In this document: one piece after another, positions 42,621 to 51,840 of the stretch | How positions within the stretch are numbered: position 1 is the stretch's first letter | Layout of the letters: each line of letters starts with the position of its first letter | Assembly (NCBI GenBank): GCA_015056155.1 | Contig: SVGU01000002.1 | Span: 4,169 to 68,168, forward strand | Length of the DNA: 64,000 nucleotides | Reading direction: 5' to 3' | From: Clostridiales bacterium | GTDB taxonomy: Bacteria; Bacillota; Clostridia; Christensenellales; Aristaeellaceae | The notes under the pieces: generated by a model | What the model was told of the DNA's origin: nothing | What the model saw: the letters and a program-made list of their open reading frames with translations, nothing else | Databases searched by the model: none | Program-made: the position numbers and the translations under genes

Positions 42621-43868
42621 ATGATGAAACGTCTGATGTCTCTTTTGCTCATACTGATGCTGCTGCCTGCCACATCTCTGGCGGCTCCCATTCAGCTGCT
42701 GCCTCTGCAGCAGGGCGCCCTTGCGCCCATCTCCCTTGCGCCCGACGGTCAGAGCGGCCTGTACGCTGCGGAAGGCGAGCTGATGATCGTCCGGACAGAC
42801 GGCAGTGTTCTGCCGGTCACAATCAGCCAGACCCGCGGGGCAGCGGATACCTACGGCAATCTGGAACGCATCGCCTCCATGGGGCTGCGCGCCATCGGTG
42901 CAGAGGGGCTGGCATGGTCTCCCGACGGACGGTATGCCGCGCTGGTCAATCAGAATCAGGTCGCGATCTATGCGCACTTCTACTATGATCCCATCGTCCT
43001 GGACACGCACACGGGGGAATTGTTTCTTGCCGCAACCTATGAGAACAAGGCCACAAAAGAGAATTCCGGCGTAGTGATCACGGCTTGCTTCTCCGGGGAC
43101 AGCCGGTATCTGTACGCTGTCATCCTGGGCAGGCTGAACGGGAAGCGCTTCTCGCTCGTGCAGTACGATCTGGAAACGCTGGAGGCCGTCACGCTCTACG
43201 CCTGCGATAAGGAATCTCCGCACTACTGGCCCCACCTGAACCAGCTGCGGGACGGCAGCTTTCTGTTGCTGACGGATCAGACAAAGCAGCATCTGCCCAC
43301 GGGGATCCGGCGCATCCTTCCGCAAGGCGGAGAAGCTGCCGTGACCCATGCGGATTTCATCCTGCCCAGCGCATACTTCTACCCCCGCTCCCTGCAATAC
43401 AGCAGGAACAGCGGCTATGCGCTGATCCTGGCCAGCAGCTCCGTGCCCAGCGCGGACTCCCAAAGCGGCATGCAGACGGTGTACCATTTTACCCGGCTCA
43501 TGTGCCTGCGTCCCGACGAGGGCGACCTGGCAAAGGACGAATACTGGGAGATCCCGTCGCTGGATGCAGAAAAGGTCGCCGTGCTGACGGGCAACGAGGC
43601 GCAGTCGCCGTCGCCTGTATATCTCCACAGCATGTGCCTGTCGCCCGATGGCGAACGCGCGCTGATCGTCTGTGCTGCAGAGAAAGGCGAATACGCCCTG
43701 CGGATGCTGAACCTCACAGACGGCTCGCTCACCCCGGTCACGGGCGTGGACAGCGATACGCTGCGCAGCATGTGTATGGCAGGCACGCTCTACCTTGACT
43801 GGAGCGGCGATACGATCCTGCTGGGAAAGCAGGGCATGGTTCCCCTGGCCTATCAGATCAAAGAATAA
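42621..43868 (+). CDS. Secreted beta-propeller-like protein (TolB/DPP-IV N-terminal-like repeats), hypothetical
   Basis: Signal peptide MMKRLMSLLLILMLLPATSLAA, with recurring ..SPDGRYAAL.. / ..SPDGERALI.. blade-like motifs. Confidence 0.7.
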   Translation: MMKRLMSLLLILMLLPATSLAAPIQLLPLQQGALAPISLAPDGQSGLYAAEGELMIVRTDGSVLPVTISQTRGAADTYGNLERIASMGLRAIGAEGLAWSPDGRYAALVNQNQVAIYAHFYYDPIVLDTHTGELFLAATYENKATKENSGVVITACFSGDSRYLYAVILGRLNGKRFSLVQYDLETLEAVTLYACDKESPHYWPHLNQLRDGSFLLLTDQTKQHLPTGIRRILPQGGEAAVTHADFILPSAYFYPRSLQYSRNSGYALILASSSVPSADSQSGMQTVYHFTRLMCLRPDEGDLAKDEYWEIPSLDAEKVAVLTGNEAQSPSPVYLHSMCLSPDGERALIVCAAEKGEYALRMLNLTDGSLTPVTGVDSDTLRSMCMAGTLYLDWSGDTILLGKQGMVPLAYQIKE

Positions 43869-43916
43869 TACAGCGAAAGCCCGCTGCGTCCTGCGATGCA
43901 GCGGGCTCTTGTCATA

Positions 43917-44282
43917 TCATTCCGGATGGATATTCGCCTTTTCCAGCCAGCTCCGGGCATATTCCAGCGCCTCTGCCTCCCCGCAGCGCATGGGATGCTC
44001 AGGCGGCAGGTATGGCCGGGGCAGATTATGGAGAGCGAAAAGCAGTGCAGCGACCCGTTCCTTGTCATGTCGGAAGCCGCACAGCCCAATTCCCAGCGCC
44101 TGCAGCATAAGCCACATCGCCCGATCCACGACGGGCAGCCGCGGCTCCGGCAGCGCGCGGAACAGGCACAGCATCTCCGCTGCTTCCGCCCGAAGCTGCC
44201 GCACATACCGCGGCGACCACCAACCGGTGCGGACGCTCCCCTTGCATTTCACCGCAAGCTGATAGAGCCGGACAGCAACCAT
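43917..44282 (-). CDS. Small hypothetical protein downstream of murG
   Basis: ATG 44282 with GGGGGAAACG upstream; this SD is provided by the last 84-bp repeat copy. Translation: MVAVRLYQLAVKCKGS..EALEYARSWLEKANIHPE. No motif recognised. Confidence 0.5.
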   Translation of the reverse strand: MVAVRLYQLAVKCKGSVRTGWWSPRYVRQLRAEAAEMLCLFRALPEPRLPVVDRAMWLMLQALGIGLCGFRHDKERVAALLFALHNLPRPYLPPEHPMRCGEAEALEYARSWLEKANIHPE

Positions 44283-44536
44283 CGTTTCCCCCGCACTTCC
44301 TCGATCCTCTCCAGCACACGCTTCGTGTCGTCCGGGGTCTTCGACCCGCTTCCCGGCGGACGGGATCACTTTTTCTGCACTTCCTCGATCATTTCCAACA
44401 CACGCTTTGTGCCGTCCGGGGGCTTCGACCCGCTTCCCGGCGGACGGGATCACTTTTTCTGCACTTTCCCGATCCTCTCCGGCACACGCTTCGTGCCGTC
44501 CGGGGTCTTAAACCCGCTTCCCGGCGGACGGGATCA
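44282..44536 (-). repeat. 84-bp tandem repeat: three extra, diverging copies of the murG 3' end plus its downstream hairpin
   Basis: TCACTTTTTCTGCAC.. recurs at 44534 (the true murG stop), 44450 and 44366, with a degenerate copy at 44282. The period is exactly 84 bp. The copies still translate as DGTKRVLEMIEEVQKK*, against DGTARVLEMIEEVQKK* in murG. Confidence 0.9.
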
Positions 44537-45604
44537 CTTTTTCTGCACTTCTTCGATCATCTCCAGAACTCTTGCCGTGCCGTCCGCCGGCGGCGCCGCC
44601 TTGACAGCAGCCGTCAGCGCGTCCCGGTCCGCCCAGGTCTGCATGAGGGCCTCCGTCAGCGTCGCAGCAGTCATGTTCTCCTGCAGGAGCACGCGGCACA
44701 GCCCGCGCTTCTCCAGGCTCTGGGCGTTGAGGATCTGGTCGCCCCGGCTGGCTCCCTTGGGGTAGGGCACCAGCAGCAGAGGCCGTGCCAGCGCCTGGAA
44801 CTCCATCAGCGAGTTGCTGCCCGCGCGGGAGAGCACCAGGTCGGCGCAGGCAAACACGTCCGCCAGCTCCGCAGAGACGAACTCCTTCTGCGCATAGCCG
44901 GGCGTGCCGGTCAGGGTTTCATCCAGGTTGCCCTTTCCGCAGATATGCGCCACCTCGAAGGTCTTCAAAAGCTCCGGCAGCGCCTCGCGCAGCGCCTTGT
45001 TGACCGCCTGCGCGCCGAGGGAGCCGCCCATCATCAGCAGCACCGGCTTCTCGCCCTTCAGGCCCAGGAAGGCCAGGCCCTTCTCCCGGCTGCCGCTGAA
45101 CAGCTCCGGCCGCAGGGGCGTGCCGACGGGCTCCGCCTTTTCGCCCAGCGCCGTTGCGCATTCCGGGAAGGTGGTCGCGACCTTCTTCACGAAGGGCGTA
45201 CACAGCTTGTTGGCCAAGCCGGGGGTCAGGTCGGACTCATGGCAGACCACGGGGATGCGGTGCAGCCATGCGCCGAACACCACCGGTACCGCCACGAAGC
45301 CGCCCTTGGAGAAGCAGACGTCGGGCTTCAGCTTCCCCATCAGGTGTGCCGACTGGACCGCGCCGGCGATGACCCGGAAGGGGTCGGTGAAGTTCTTCCA
45401 GTCGAAATACCGGCGGAGCTTGCCGGTCTTGACGCCGTGATAGGTGATGCCGGGGATCGCGGAGAGCTTCTCCGCCTCCATGCCGGACTCGGTGCCGATG
45501 TAGTGCACCTCATAGCCCTTTGCGATCAGGTGGGGCAGCAGCGCCAGATTCGGGGTCACATGCCCCATCGTGCCGCCGCCGGTCAGGACGATCTTCTTTG
45601 CCAT
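44534..45604 (-). CDS. murG: Undecaprenyldiphospho-muramoylpentapeptide beta-N-acetylglucosaminyltransferase
   Basis: MAKKIVLTGGGTMGHVTPNLALLPHL..HESDLTPGLANK..GGSLGA..SRAGSNSL.E... Confidence 0.93.
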   Translation of the reverse strand: MAKKIVLTGGGTMGHVTPNLALLPHLIAKGYEVHYIGTESGMEAEKLSAIPGITYHGVKTGKLRRYFDWKNFTDPFRVIAGAVQSAHLMGKLKPDVCFSKGGFVAVPVVFGAWLHRIPVVCHESDLTPGLANKLCTPFVKKVATTFPECATALGEKAEPVGTPLRPELFSGSREKGLAFLGLKGEKPVLLMMGGSLGAQAVNKALREALPELLKTFEVAHICGKGNLDETLTGTPGYAQKEFVSAELADVFACADLVLSRAGSNSLMEFQALARPLLLVPYPKGASRGDQILNAQSLEKRGLCRVLLQENMTAATLTEALMQTWADRDALTAAVKAAPPADGTARVLEMIEEVQKK

Positions 45605-45783
45605 ATGTCATACCTGCCTTTCAGGTTCTTTCGGTTTTCGGAATGCGGTCTTCCTCTTTGCTGCATTCGTTCGTATCCTATGATAATCCTCCCGGCAGCA
45701 TGTGTCAAGGCTTGCAGCGGCGAAGGAGGCGTGGTATACTAAGGGCTGACCAAAGAGGCAATTCGCCATATGGAGGACAGGCC

Positions 45784-46809
45784 ATGAAAAGGAATGTGAC
45801 CCTCGATCTGTTCAAGCTTGCCGCAGCATTCGCGGTGATCTGCATTCACTATATGTTCTCCGGTGCAGTCGGCATTTCCGTGAAGGCCGTCGCACGCTTC
45901 GCCGTCCCCTTCTTTTTCGCCGTTTCCGGCTTCTTCGCCTGGAAGCAGCGGCCGGAGAAGCTGATGAAGAGGGCCTGGGGCATCGCGAAGCTTTATCTGG
46001 CCAGCTTCGTGCTGTATTTCCTGTACGGCGCCTTCCGGGAGATCCTCCTGGGCAAAGCAAGCAGCGTCACAGAATATGTCATGAAATACATCCAGCCCAA
46101 AACGATCCTCAATTTTCTCATTCACAACACGACCATTTCCGCTGCTCACCTCTGGTTCCTGCCGGCGCTGATCTACTGCTACCTCCTGATGTGGCTGTGC
46201 ATCAAGGTCAAAGTACCGGAGAAGGTCCTGACAGCGGCCGCGATCATCCTGCTTTCCATTCAGCTCATCGTTGGAGAATGGCTGTCCATCCTGCAGGTTC
46301 AGCTCGACGTCGATCTGCCCAACTTCCTGTTCCTCGGCTTCCCGTTCTTCCTTCTGGGACGCACATTGAGCCGGATCCAGGAAGAGCGCCGGCCCGACTT
46401 CGGGCATTGCTCCGGATGGCTGATCCTTCTGCTGCTGATCGCAGGCATCGCGGAATCCGTTCTGTCCGTTCTGCTGTGGGGCGGTCATCTGATCTACACA
46501 GGTTCCGTCATGATCGTGTCTGCACTGCTGCTGGCCGCATTGAAATACCGCGAGCGGGCATATGCGCCGTGTCTGGTCTCCCTTGCGGAGCTCAGCACGC
46601 ATATCTACGTCTTTCACGTCGCGGTTGGCGGTACGCTGGAAACCGTCGCCGCCAAGGTGCTGCATTGCAGCGAATCGCCGGTCTGGATCAATGCCAAACC
46701 CTTTATCGTACTGATCCTTTCGATCCTGATCGGAGCGATTTTCAGACATCTGTATGCTGCGGCTGTCAAGGCCATCCGGGCACACCGGGCAGCCCCGGCC
46801 GCCCGATAA
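45784..46809 (+). CDS. Acyltransferase family 3 membrane protein
   Basis: ATG 45784 after GGAGGA. Translation: MKRNVTLDLFKLAAAFAVICIHY..FAVPFFFAVSGFF... About 10 TM segments. Confidence 0.8.
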   Translation: MKRNVTLDLFKLAAAFAVICIHYMFSGAVGISVKAVARFAVPFFFAVSGFFAWKQRPEKLMKRAWGIAKLYLASFVLYFLYGAFREILLGKASSVTEYVMKYIQPKTILNFLIHNTTISAAHLWFLPALIYCYLLMWLCIKVKVPEKVLTAAAIILLSIQLIVGEWLSILQVQLDVDLPNFLFLGFPFFLLGRTLSRIQEERRPDFGHCSGWLILLLLIAGIAESVLSVLLWGGHLIYTGSVMIVSALLLAALKYRERAYAPCLVSLAELSTHIYVFHVAVGGTLETVAAKVLHCSESPVWINAKPFIVLILSILIGAIFRHLYAAAVKAIRAHRAAPAAR

Positions 46810-46842
46810 CCGTATCTCACCGAAGCTGAGGAGGCGAAACAC

Positions 46843-47268
46843 ATGAAGATCCTCGTCATTGACGCACAGGGCGGTGGCATGGGCCGCATGCTGGTGGAAG
46901 GGCTCAAGCGCGCCCTGCCGGAGCAGCCGGTGACCGCCGTGGGTACCAATGCGCTGGCGACCTCCGCCATGCTTAAGGCGGGCGCCGACCAGGCCGCCAC
47001 GGGGGAAAACGCCATCCGCGTCTGCGCGGCGGCGGCGGAGATCATCCTCGCACCCATCGGCATGGTGCTGGCGGACGCGATGCTCGGCGAGGTCACGGCG
47101 GACATGGCCGTCGCCATCGGCCGAAGCCCCGCCCACAAGATCCTCCTGCCCGTTTCCCGCTGCCAGACCACGGTGGCGGGCGTTGGCCGGATGACCATGG
47201 CAGAGGCGGTCGATCGGGCAGTCGCGGAGGCGGTCAGCCGGATCCGCGGCGCAAATCCACAGGCATAA
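46843..47268 (+). CDS. DUF3842-family protein
   Basis: MKILVIDAQGGGMGRMLVEGL..AVGTNALATSAMLKAGADQAATGENAI.. matches my memory of DUF3842. Confidence 0.7.
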   Translation: MKILVIDAQGGGMGRMLVEGLKRALPEQPVTAVGTNALATSAMLKAGADQAATGENAIRVCAAAAEIILAPIGMVLADAMLGEVTADMAVAIGRSPAHKILLPVSRCQTTVAGVGRMTMAEAVDRAVAEAVSRIRGANPQA

Positions 47269-47315
47269 GCAGGAGCGGCAGGCGCGTGAAGGCGCTTCGC
47301 CGCTCTTTTTGCGTT

Positions 47316-48110
47316 TCACGGCGCCCCTTCCCTGCCGGACGACAGGCGGACATACTCCTCCACGCCCGCGGCGATCACCTCCGCCAGGCGCTCCTGATAG
47401 GCCGCGTCCCGCAGCAGCCTTTCCTCCGCCGCGTTGGACACGAAGCCGCACTCCACCAGCACCGAGGGGATCTCCAGCTGCAGAATGAAGTAATCCCCCG
47501 CCATCGCCGCGCGCTCCTTCTTCGGCGACAAGCCGCCGATCAGCGCCGCCTGTACGCAGCCCGCCAGCAGCCGTCCGCCCTCGCAGCCGGCGCGGTAGAA
47601 CACCTGCGGACCGGATTCCGCGCGGCTCCGGTATTCGTTCATGTGGATGGACAGCACCATGTCCGCGCTGCCGCTGACGGCCATGTCCACCCGGTTCTGC
47701 ATGTCCTGCCGCTTCTTCGTCATGGCTGCCGGGCGCTCCGCCTCCACGAGGTCCACATCCTCCCGGCGGGTCATGATGACCCCTGCGCCGCGCCGGATGA
47801 GGCTCTTTTCCAATTCCAGCGCCACGGACAGGTTCAGGTGCTTCTCCCACACGCCGCTGTCCCGGCATCTTGCACCGCCGTCGTATCCGCCGTGCCCCGG
47901 GTCGATCAGGATCGTCAGTCCCGCCAGCGGCCCGGACGGCGCCTGTGTGGCGGTCGGCGACGGCAGCGCCTCTGCCGCCGGCGGATTCGTATGCCGCCGC
48001 CATGCCGCCGCAGCCGTCAGGCCGCCGATGAGCAACAGCAGCCCCGCCGCAAGGGTCACGCAGCGCTCCGCCTTCCTCCTTGGCATGATGGGTCGCTTCC
48101 CGCTGTGCAT
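47316..48110 (-). CDS. cwlD: N-acetylmuramoyl-L-alanine amidase, CwlD-like (Amidase_3)
   Basis: SD GGAGGG 7 nt before ATG 48110. It has an N-terminal TM anchor and motifs ILIDPGHGGYDGGA..EKHLNL..VLSIHMN..VLVECGFVSN. Confidence 0.8.
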   Translation of the reverse strand: MHSGKRPIMPRRKAERCVTLAAGLLLLIGGLTAAAAWRRHTNPPAAEALPSPTATQAPSGPLAGLTILIDPGHGGYDGGARCRDSGVWEKHLNLSVALELEKSLIRRGAGVIMTRREDVDLVEAERPAAMTKKRQDMQNRVDMAVSGSADMVLSIHMNEYRSRAESGPQVFYRAGCEGGRLLAGCVQAALIGGLSPKKERAAMAGDYFILQLEIPSVLVECGFVSNAAEERLLRDAAYQERLAEVIAAGVEEYVRLSSGREGAP

Positions 48111-48278
48111 GCTGCATCCCTCCGTTTTTCACAGCCTATGCAGGCCGCGCCGCCCTCATGCCCGGCCGCTGTATACAGAGGTATTCATCCTCTCCTTCCT
48201 CTCCGGGCACACGCCTTTTCCTTTTTGGAAGCCGTATGCACAACCGCATATCCCCGCCATGCACAGCCAAAGCTTCAT

Positions 48279-48427
48279 TCATCCACAGTGTCCACAGGGT
48301 TATCCACAATTTCCTCCACCGCAAATCGCGCCATTTCGCGGACATTCTTCAAGTTATCCACATTGTCCACAACTTATCCACAACTTTCATCCACACTATC
48401 CACCGGTGTGGACAACCCTGTGGATAA
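48279..48427. promoter_or_regulatory. Cluster of ten DnaA boxes
   Basis: Four boxes are perfect TTATCCACA: 48300-48308, 48354-48362, 48374-48382, and 48419-48427 (reverse). Four have one mismatch: 48279, 48363, 48387, and 48407 (reverse). Two have two mismatches: 48288 and 48396. Confidence 0.85.
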
Positions 48428-48428
48428 C

Positions 48429-48453
48429 AAAAAACAGCCCCGGAGGACTGTTT
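48429..48453 (-). terminator. Intrinsic terminator for the 48601..49245 gene
   Basis: On the minus strand: AACAGTCC-tccg-GGGCTGTT followed by TTTTTG. Confidence 0.6.
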
Positions 48454-48600
48454 ACACATGTTGCGAAAATGTATAAAGATGCACGTTCGTGTATGTTCGG
48501 TCAAAAAATCCTGTTTCAAATGGTCGAATCCGGGGCCGGCGGGGACATGACCGAAAACTTTCGTACGGGGCGAAAACGGCATTCCCAAAAAAACGCGCAC

Positions 48601-49245
48601 TCAGGGCGCCTCGGCCACCGGCCACTCCTCCAGGATGAGCATGCCGTTCCGCCCGCTGATGGATACCGCGAAGAAGCGGCGCGCGCCGCTGCCGTCCCGG
48701 AAGTGCAGGCCATAGGTGGTCATGTCGCCGGGAAAGACAACGCCCGTCAGCAGGGGCTGCTCCGCCGTCATTTCGGGCAGGGCGTGCAGCGTCCGGTCAA
48801 TGGCGAAGCCCTCCTCCGTCAGGGCCAGGGAAACGAAGCGCACATCCGTCAGCGGCTCATAGGCGTGGAAGACCAGCCAGACCGTGTATTCGGAGTCCTC
48901 CATCAGGTAGGTGTGCGCGGCGTCCACCGGCAGAGATGCTTCCGCAAAGCCCGCTGAAACGGGCAGCGCGGCGATTTCCGGCGAGCGCACATGGGTCAGG
49001 TCGACCCAGCCCGCGCCGGACTTGAGCCGTCCCCACAGGTTGCCCTCCTCGTCCAGCGCCTCCCCGACGATGGTGTACACGCCGGCCTCGCGCACCGTGG
49101 AGACGTAGCCTGCGTCATAGCCGGGGCCGTCGAAGATCGGCTCGTCCGGCCGGGTGATCCGCTGCAGGTAGGGCGTGAACTCCGCCAGGGCCGCAAAGGG
49201 GAGGCACAGGGCGAACAGGCACAGCGCTGCCAGCCATCGCTTCAT
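48601..49245 (-). CDS. Secreted hypothetical protein (signal peptide, SH3b-like N-terminal half)
   Basis: Start moved to ATG 49245 (AAAGGAGAG upstream). Translation: MKRWLAALCLFALCLPFAALA..GVYTIVGEALDEEGNLWGRLKSGAGWVDL.. Confidence 0.7.
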   Translation of the reverse strand: MKRWLAALCLFALCLPFAALAEFTPYLQRITRPDEPIFDGPGYDAGYVSTVREAGVYTIVGEALDEEGNLWGRLKSGAGWVDLTHVRSPEIAALPVSAGFAEASLPVDAAHTYLMEDSEYTVWLVFHAYEPLTDVRFVSLALTEEGFAIDRTLHALPEMTAEQPLLTGVVFPGDMTTYGLHFRDGSGARRFFAVSISGRNGMLILEEWPVAEAP

Positions 49246-49348
49246 TAACAAACTCTCCTTTCATGGCAACCGCAGCAGAAATCCCCCGCCAGGAAGCCCT
49301 GACGAGGGAAAACGGATGCTCTTCCTGCGGCTACCCGGATCGGGCGCA

Positions 49349-50722
49349 TCAGTATTCGATGTATTCCACCAGGCTGCAGCCTTCGAAGGCGTCCGCCGCA
49401 ACGCTCGTGCCGGCGGGCACCTGCACATAGCGCAGGTTGGGCATGTCCGCAAAAGCGCGGCTGCCGATGGAAACGCAGCCCTCGGGGATGATGACCATCT
49501 CCGCATCGGTGCCGAGGAAGGCGCAGGCCTCGATGGTGACCACATCGGCGGGGAGATCGAGCACGGAGGGTGCCGTGAGCGCAAGGCCAGCCGTCTTCAG
49601 GGCGGCGGCGGTGTTGCTGTTGTCGGGGCAGATGATGGCGCAGCCCGTCGGGAAGGAGTTCTTGTTGATGGAGGTCACGCCGGAGGGCAGGTAAACCGTG
49701 GTCAATGCGGTATTGGCAAAGGCACGGCTGCCGATTCTCTGCAGCTTGCTGCCGAAAGTGACGCTGCGCAGGCTGGTGCAGTCCTCGAAGGAGGAGCTGC
49801 CGATTGCCTCCAGCGAGTCCGGAAAGTCCATGGTTTCCAGGCCGGTGCATCCCATGAACGCTTTGCTGTCTGATTCGTAGGCTGTGCTGATGCCGAGCAC
49901 GCCTTCCGGCAGGATGACGTTTTTGAGCGATGCGCAGTCCTTGAACAGCCAGCCGCGCACATGGGGCGTTCCGGCGGGCCAGCGGATGGTGGTCAGCGTG
50001 CTGCCGGTGCCCTCAAAGGCGTCAGCCTTGACGGTTGTGACAGAGTCCGGCAGCCAGATGTAGCTCAGGTTGGACCCTGTGAAGGCATTGCCGTGCACCG
50101 TTTCCAGCCCTTCCGGGAAGGTCAGGCTGGTCAGCGGGGTTCCGCGAAGGGCATATGCACTGATGCCCTTCTGCGCACTGGTCAGGGTCAGGCTGGTCAG
50201 ATTGGTGCAGCCGTCAAACAGACTGGTTGAGATGCTGACGATGTTCTGCATGTGGAATGATGAGATACCGGTGCAGTTGGCAAATGCGCCTGTTCCGACT
50301 TCTGTAATCGTGCTGGGAAGATTGGGTTCAGTCATGCTGATGCAGCCCCGGAAGGCGTAGTTGCCAATGTATGTCGCACCCTCAGACAGCGACACAGTTT
50401 GAAGCGCGGGGTACCCATCGAACATGTTTGCAGGAAGATTGGTAACGCCGCTATGGCAGTAGACGGCTGTCAGCGTATTCTTCACCTCGTTGAAAACGCC
50501 GCCCTTCGCAAAGCCGTGTACCGGTAAGCCGCCCAGCTCCAGCGGCACGACGATCACCGTCTCTGTGCCGTGGTATCCATTGATTCTTGCGTATCTTTTA
50601 CCATCTTCACCGGATGCGGTACCCCACTCATATGAGGCGGCCATTGCGCTCCCCACAGGCGCGAGCAGGCACAGGACGGCCAGCAGCAGGCTGAATATCC
50701 GGGTCACAATGCGGCGCTTCAT
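49349..50722 (-). CDS. Secreted leucine-rich-repeat protein (BspA-like LRR_5 family)
   Basis: It has a signal peptide and many repeats of the type ..IGSRAFA.C..L..V.LP..V..I...AF..C..L... Confidence 0.85.
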   Translation of the reverse strand: MKRRIVTRIFSLLLAVLCLLAPVGSAMAASYEWGTASGEDGKRYARINGYHGTETVIVVPLELGGLPVHGFAKGGVFNEVKNTLTAVYCHSGVTNLPANMFDGYPALQTVSLSEGATYIGNYAFRGCISMTEPNLPSTITEVGTGAFANCTGISSFHMQNIVSISTSLFDGCTNLTSLTLTSAQKGISAYALRGTPLTSLTFPEGLETVHGNAFTGSNLSYIWLPDSVTTVKADAFEGTGSTLTTIRWPAGTPHVRGWLFKDCASLKNVILPEGVLGISTAYESDSKAFMGCTGLETMDFPDSLEAIGSSSFEDCTSLRSVTFGSKLQRIGSRAFANTALTTVYLPSGVTSINKNSFPTGCAIICPDNSNTAAALKTAGLALTAPSVLDLPADVVTIEACAFLGTDAEMVIIPEGCVSIGSRAFADMPNLRYVQVPAGTSVAADAFEGCSLVEYIEY

Positions 50723-50796
50723 GAAATCCTCTCCTCTCTGAAATCACAAGGGCGGCGCTGATCGCATATGCATCAGGCCGCCCTCAATAAGGGGCG

Positions 50797-51696
50797 TCAC
50801 TTCTTGCTGCTGCCCCGGATGGTTGCATCGGGCTTGGCCGCCTGCTTCATGAACGCAGAGGGGCTGATGCCGACGATGTTCTTGAACTGCTTGGAGAAAT
50901 GGTAGGGATCCTGCATGCCGACCTCGATGCCGGCCTGACGGACGGTGTGGCCCTCCTCGCGCAGGAGCTCCTTGGCGCGCTCCATCTTACAGTGGAGCAC
51001 GTAGGAAAGCGGCGGCATGCCGACCTCGGAGACGAAGCGCTTGCGGAAGGTCTCCATGGGCATGCGGGAGATGGCGGCCATTTCCGCCAGAGAGAAGTTG
51101 TCGCGGTACTGATTGGCGCGCAGGGTATCGACCACCTTGGCGATCTCGTGGGAGAGCATCGCGTCCATGGCGACCGGCTGTCCCCAGTGGCTGGCGAGCA
51201 TGCCGTACATCAGGTGCTGCAGCTGATAGGTGGCGTCGGCGGTGCCGGAATGGCGCACCATCACCTGCACGATCTGCTTGGCCAGGTACATCTGGCTGGG
51301 CAGCGCGCCCTGGCGCAGGGGCATATGCAGCAGCGCGCCCATCTTGCGCACCACCATCGGCGCCAGCGGGCCCTCCAGCGCGACCCACACGCAGTGCGCC
51401 TGATCGGCGATGGACAGATAAGCCGTCTTTTCGCCCGCGGGCAGGAAGCAGGTGTCGTTCGCCTTCAGCGTCAGCTCGGTATCCTGCCAGTGCAGCGTGA
51501 CCTCGCCCGCCTCCACCGCGAACCAGACCCACTGCTCGTGGCTGGTGATGGGATAATCGCCCGCGCCGAAGGTCGCAGTGCCGGCCGCATGGATCCATGC
51601 GCCGCTGGCCTTGGTCAGGCTGCCGGGCTTATGCCAGCCCTCGGCGACCAGTGCGGTAGAAGACTCTCCAATGCTCGAAAACAGGTAGGATTCCAT
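50797..51696 (-). CDS. AraC-family transcriptional regulator with N-terminal cupin-like sensor
   Basis: The C-terminus is FSLAEMAAISRMPMETFRKRFVSEVGMPPLSYVLHCKMERAKELL..AGIEVGMQDPYHFSKQFKNIVGISPSAF. Confidence 0.88.
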   Translation of the reverse strand: MESYLFSSIGESSTALVAEGWHKPGSLTKASGAWIHAAGTATFGAGDYPITSHEQWVWFAVEAGEVTLHWQDTELTLKANDTCFLPAGEKTAYLSIADQAHCVWVALEGPLAPMVVRKMGALLHMPLRQGALPSQMYLAKQIVQVMVRHSGTADATYQLQHLMYGMLASHWGQPVAMDAMLSHEIAKVVDTLRANQYRDNFSLAEMAAISRMPMETFRKRFVSEVGMPPLSYVLHCKMERAKELLREEGHTVRQAGIEVGMQDPYHFSKQFKNIVGISPSAFMKQAAKPDATIRGSSKK

Positions 51697-51840
51697 AGTT
51701 CCCTGCCTCCTCAGACCAAATCATACATTTTCCATTATGGACATTATATCGGCCAGTCACAACATTGTCAAGGCGATTCCGGTCGTTTTCGGAGATTTTC
51801 TTGGAATTCCTTCCGCACGGGCGCTTCCCTGTCGTCTGCG

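Noticed and set aside
41148-43628. 826-aa minus-strand ORF, and likewise 45739..48132 (797 aa), 40202..41851 (+), 50899..52617 (+), 58983..60692 (+), 36162..37973 (+), 64..1692 (+), 6510..8210 (-)
   Set aside because: All of them overlap well-supported genes on the opposite strand (deoC, murG region, acyltransferase, cwlD-like, AraC, M48, O-antigen ligase, scfB, GT2, malic enzyme/pcp). All show the low-complexity R/A/G/P/H bias of non-coding frames in G+C-rich DNA.
44282-44536. Possible CRISPR array (regular direct repeats); the same question arises for 6118-6435, 56655-56935 and 35673-36077
   Set aside because: The units are contiguous tandem repeats of 84, 103, 160 and 203 bp with no unique spacers between them. 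No cas genes are present in the window.
48515-48545. tRNA-like T-loop string GGTCGAATCC
   Set aside because: The flanking bases do not form a T-stem, and no acceptor or anticodon arms can be drawn. I found no tRNA genes anywhere in the window.
48279-48600. Interpretation of the DnaA-box cluster as the chromosomal origin oriC
   Set aside because: It is not adopted as the primary call. There is no dnaA, dnaN or rpmH nearby. I found no DnaA-trio-like array. Flanking gene orientation is opposite to that expected around an origin. It is kept as an open alternative in the finding.
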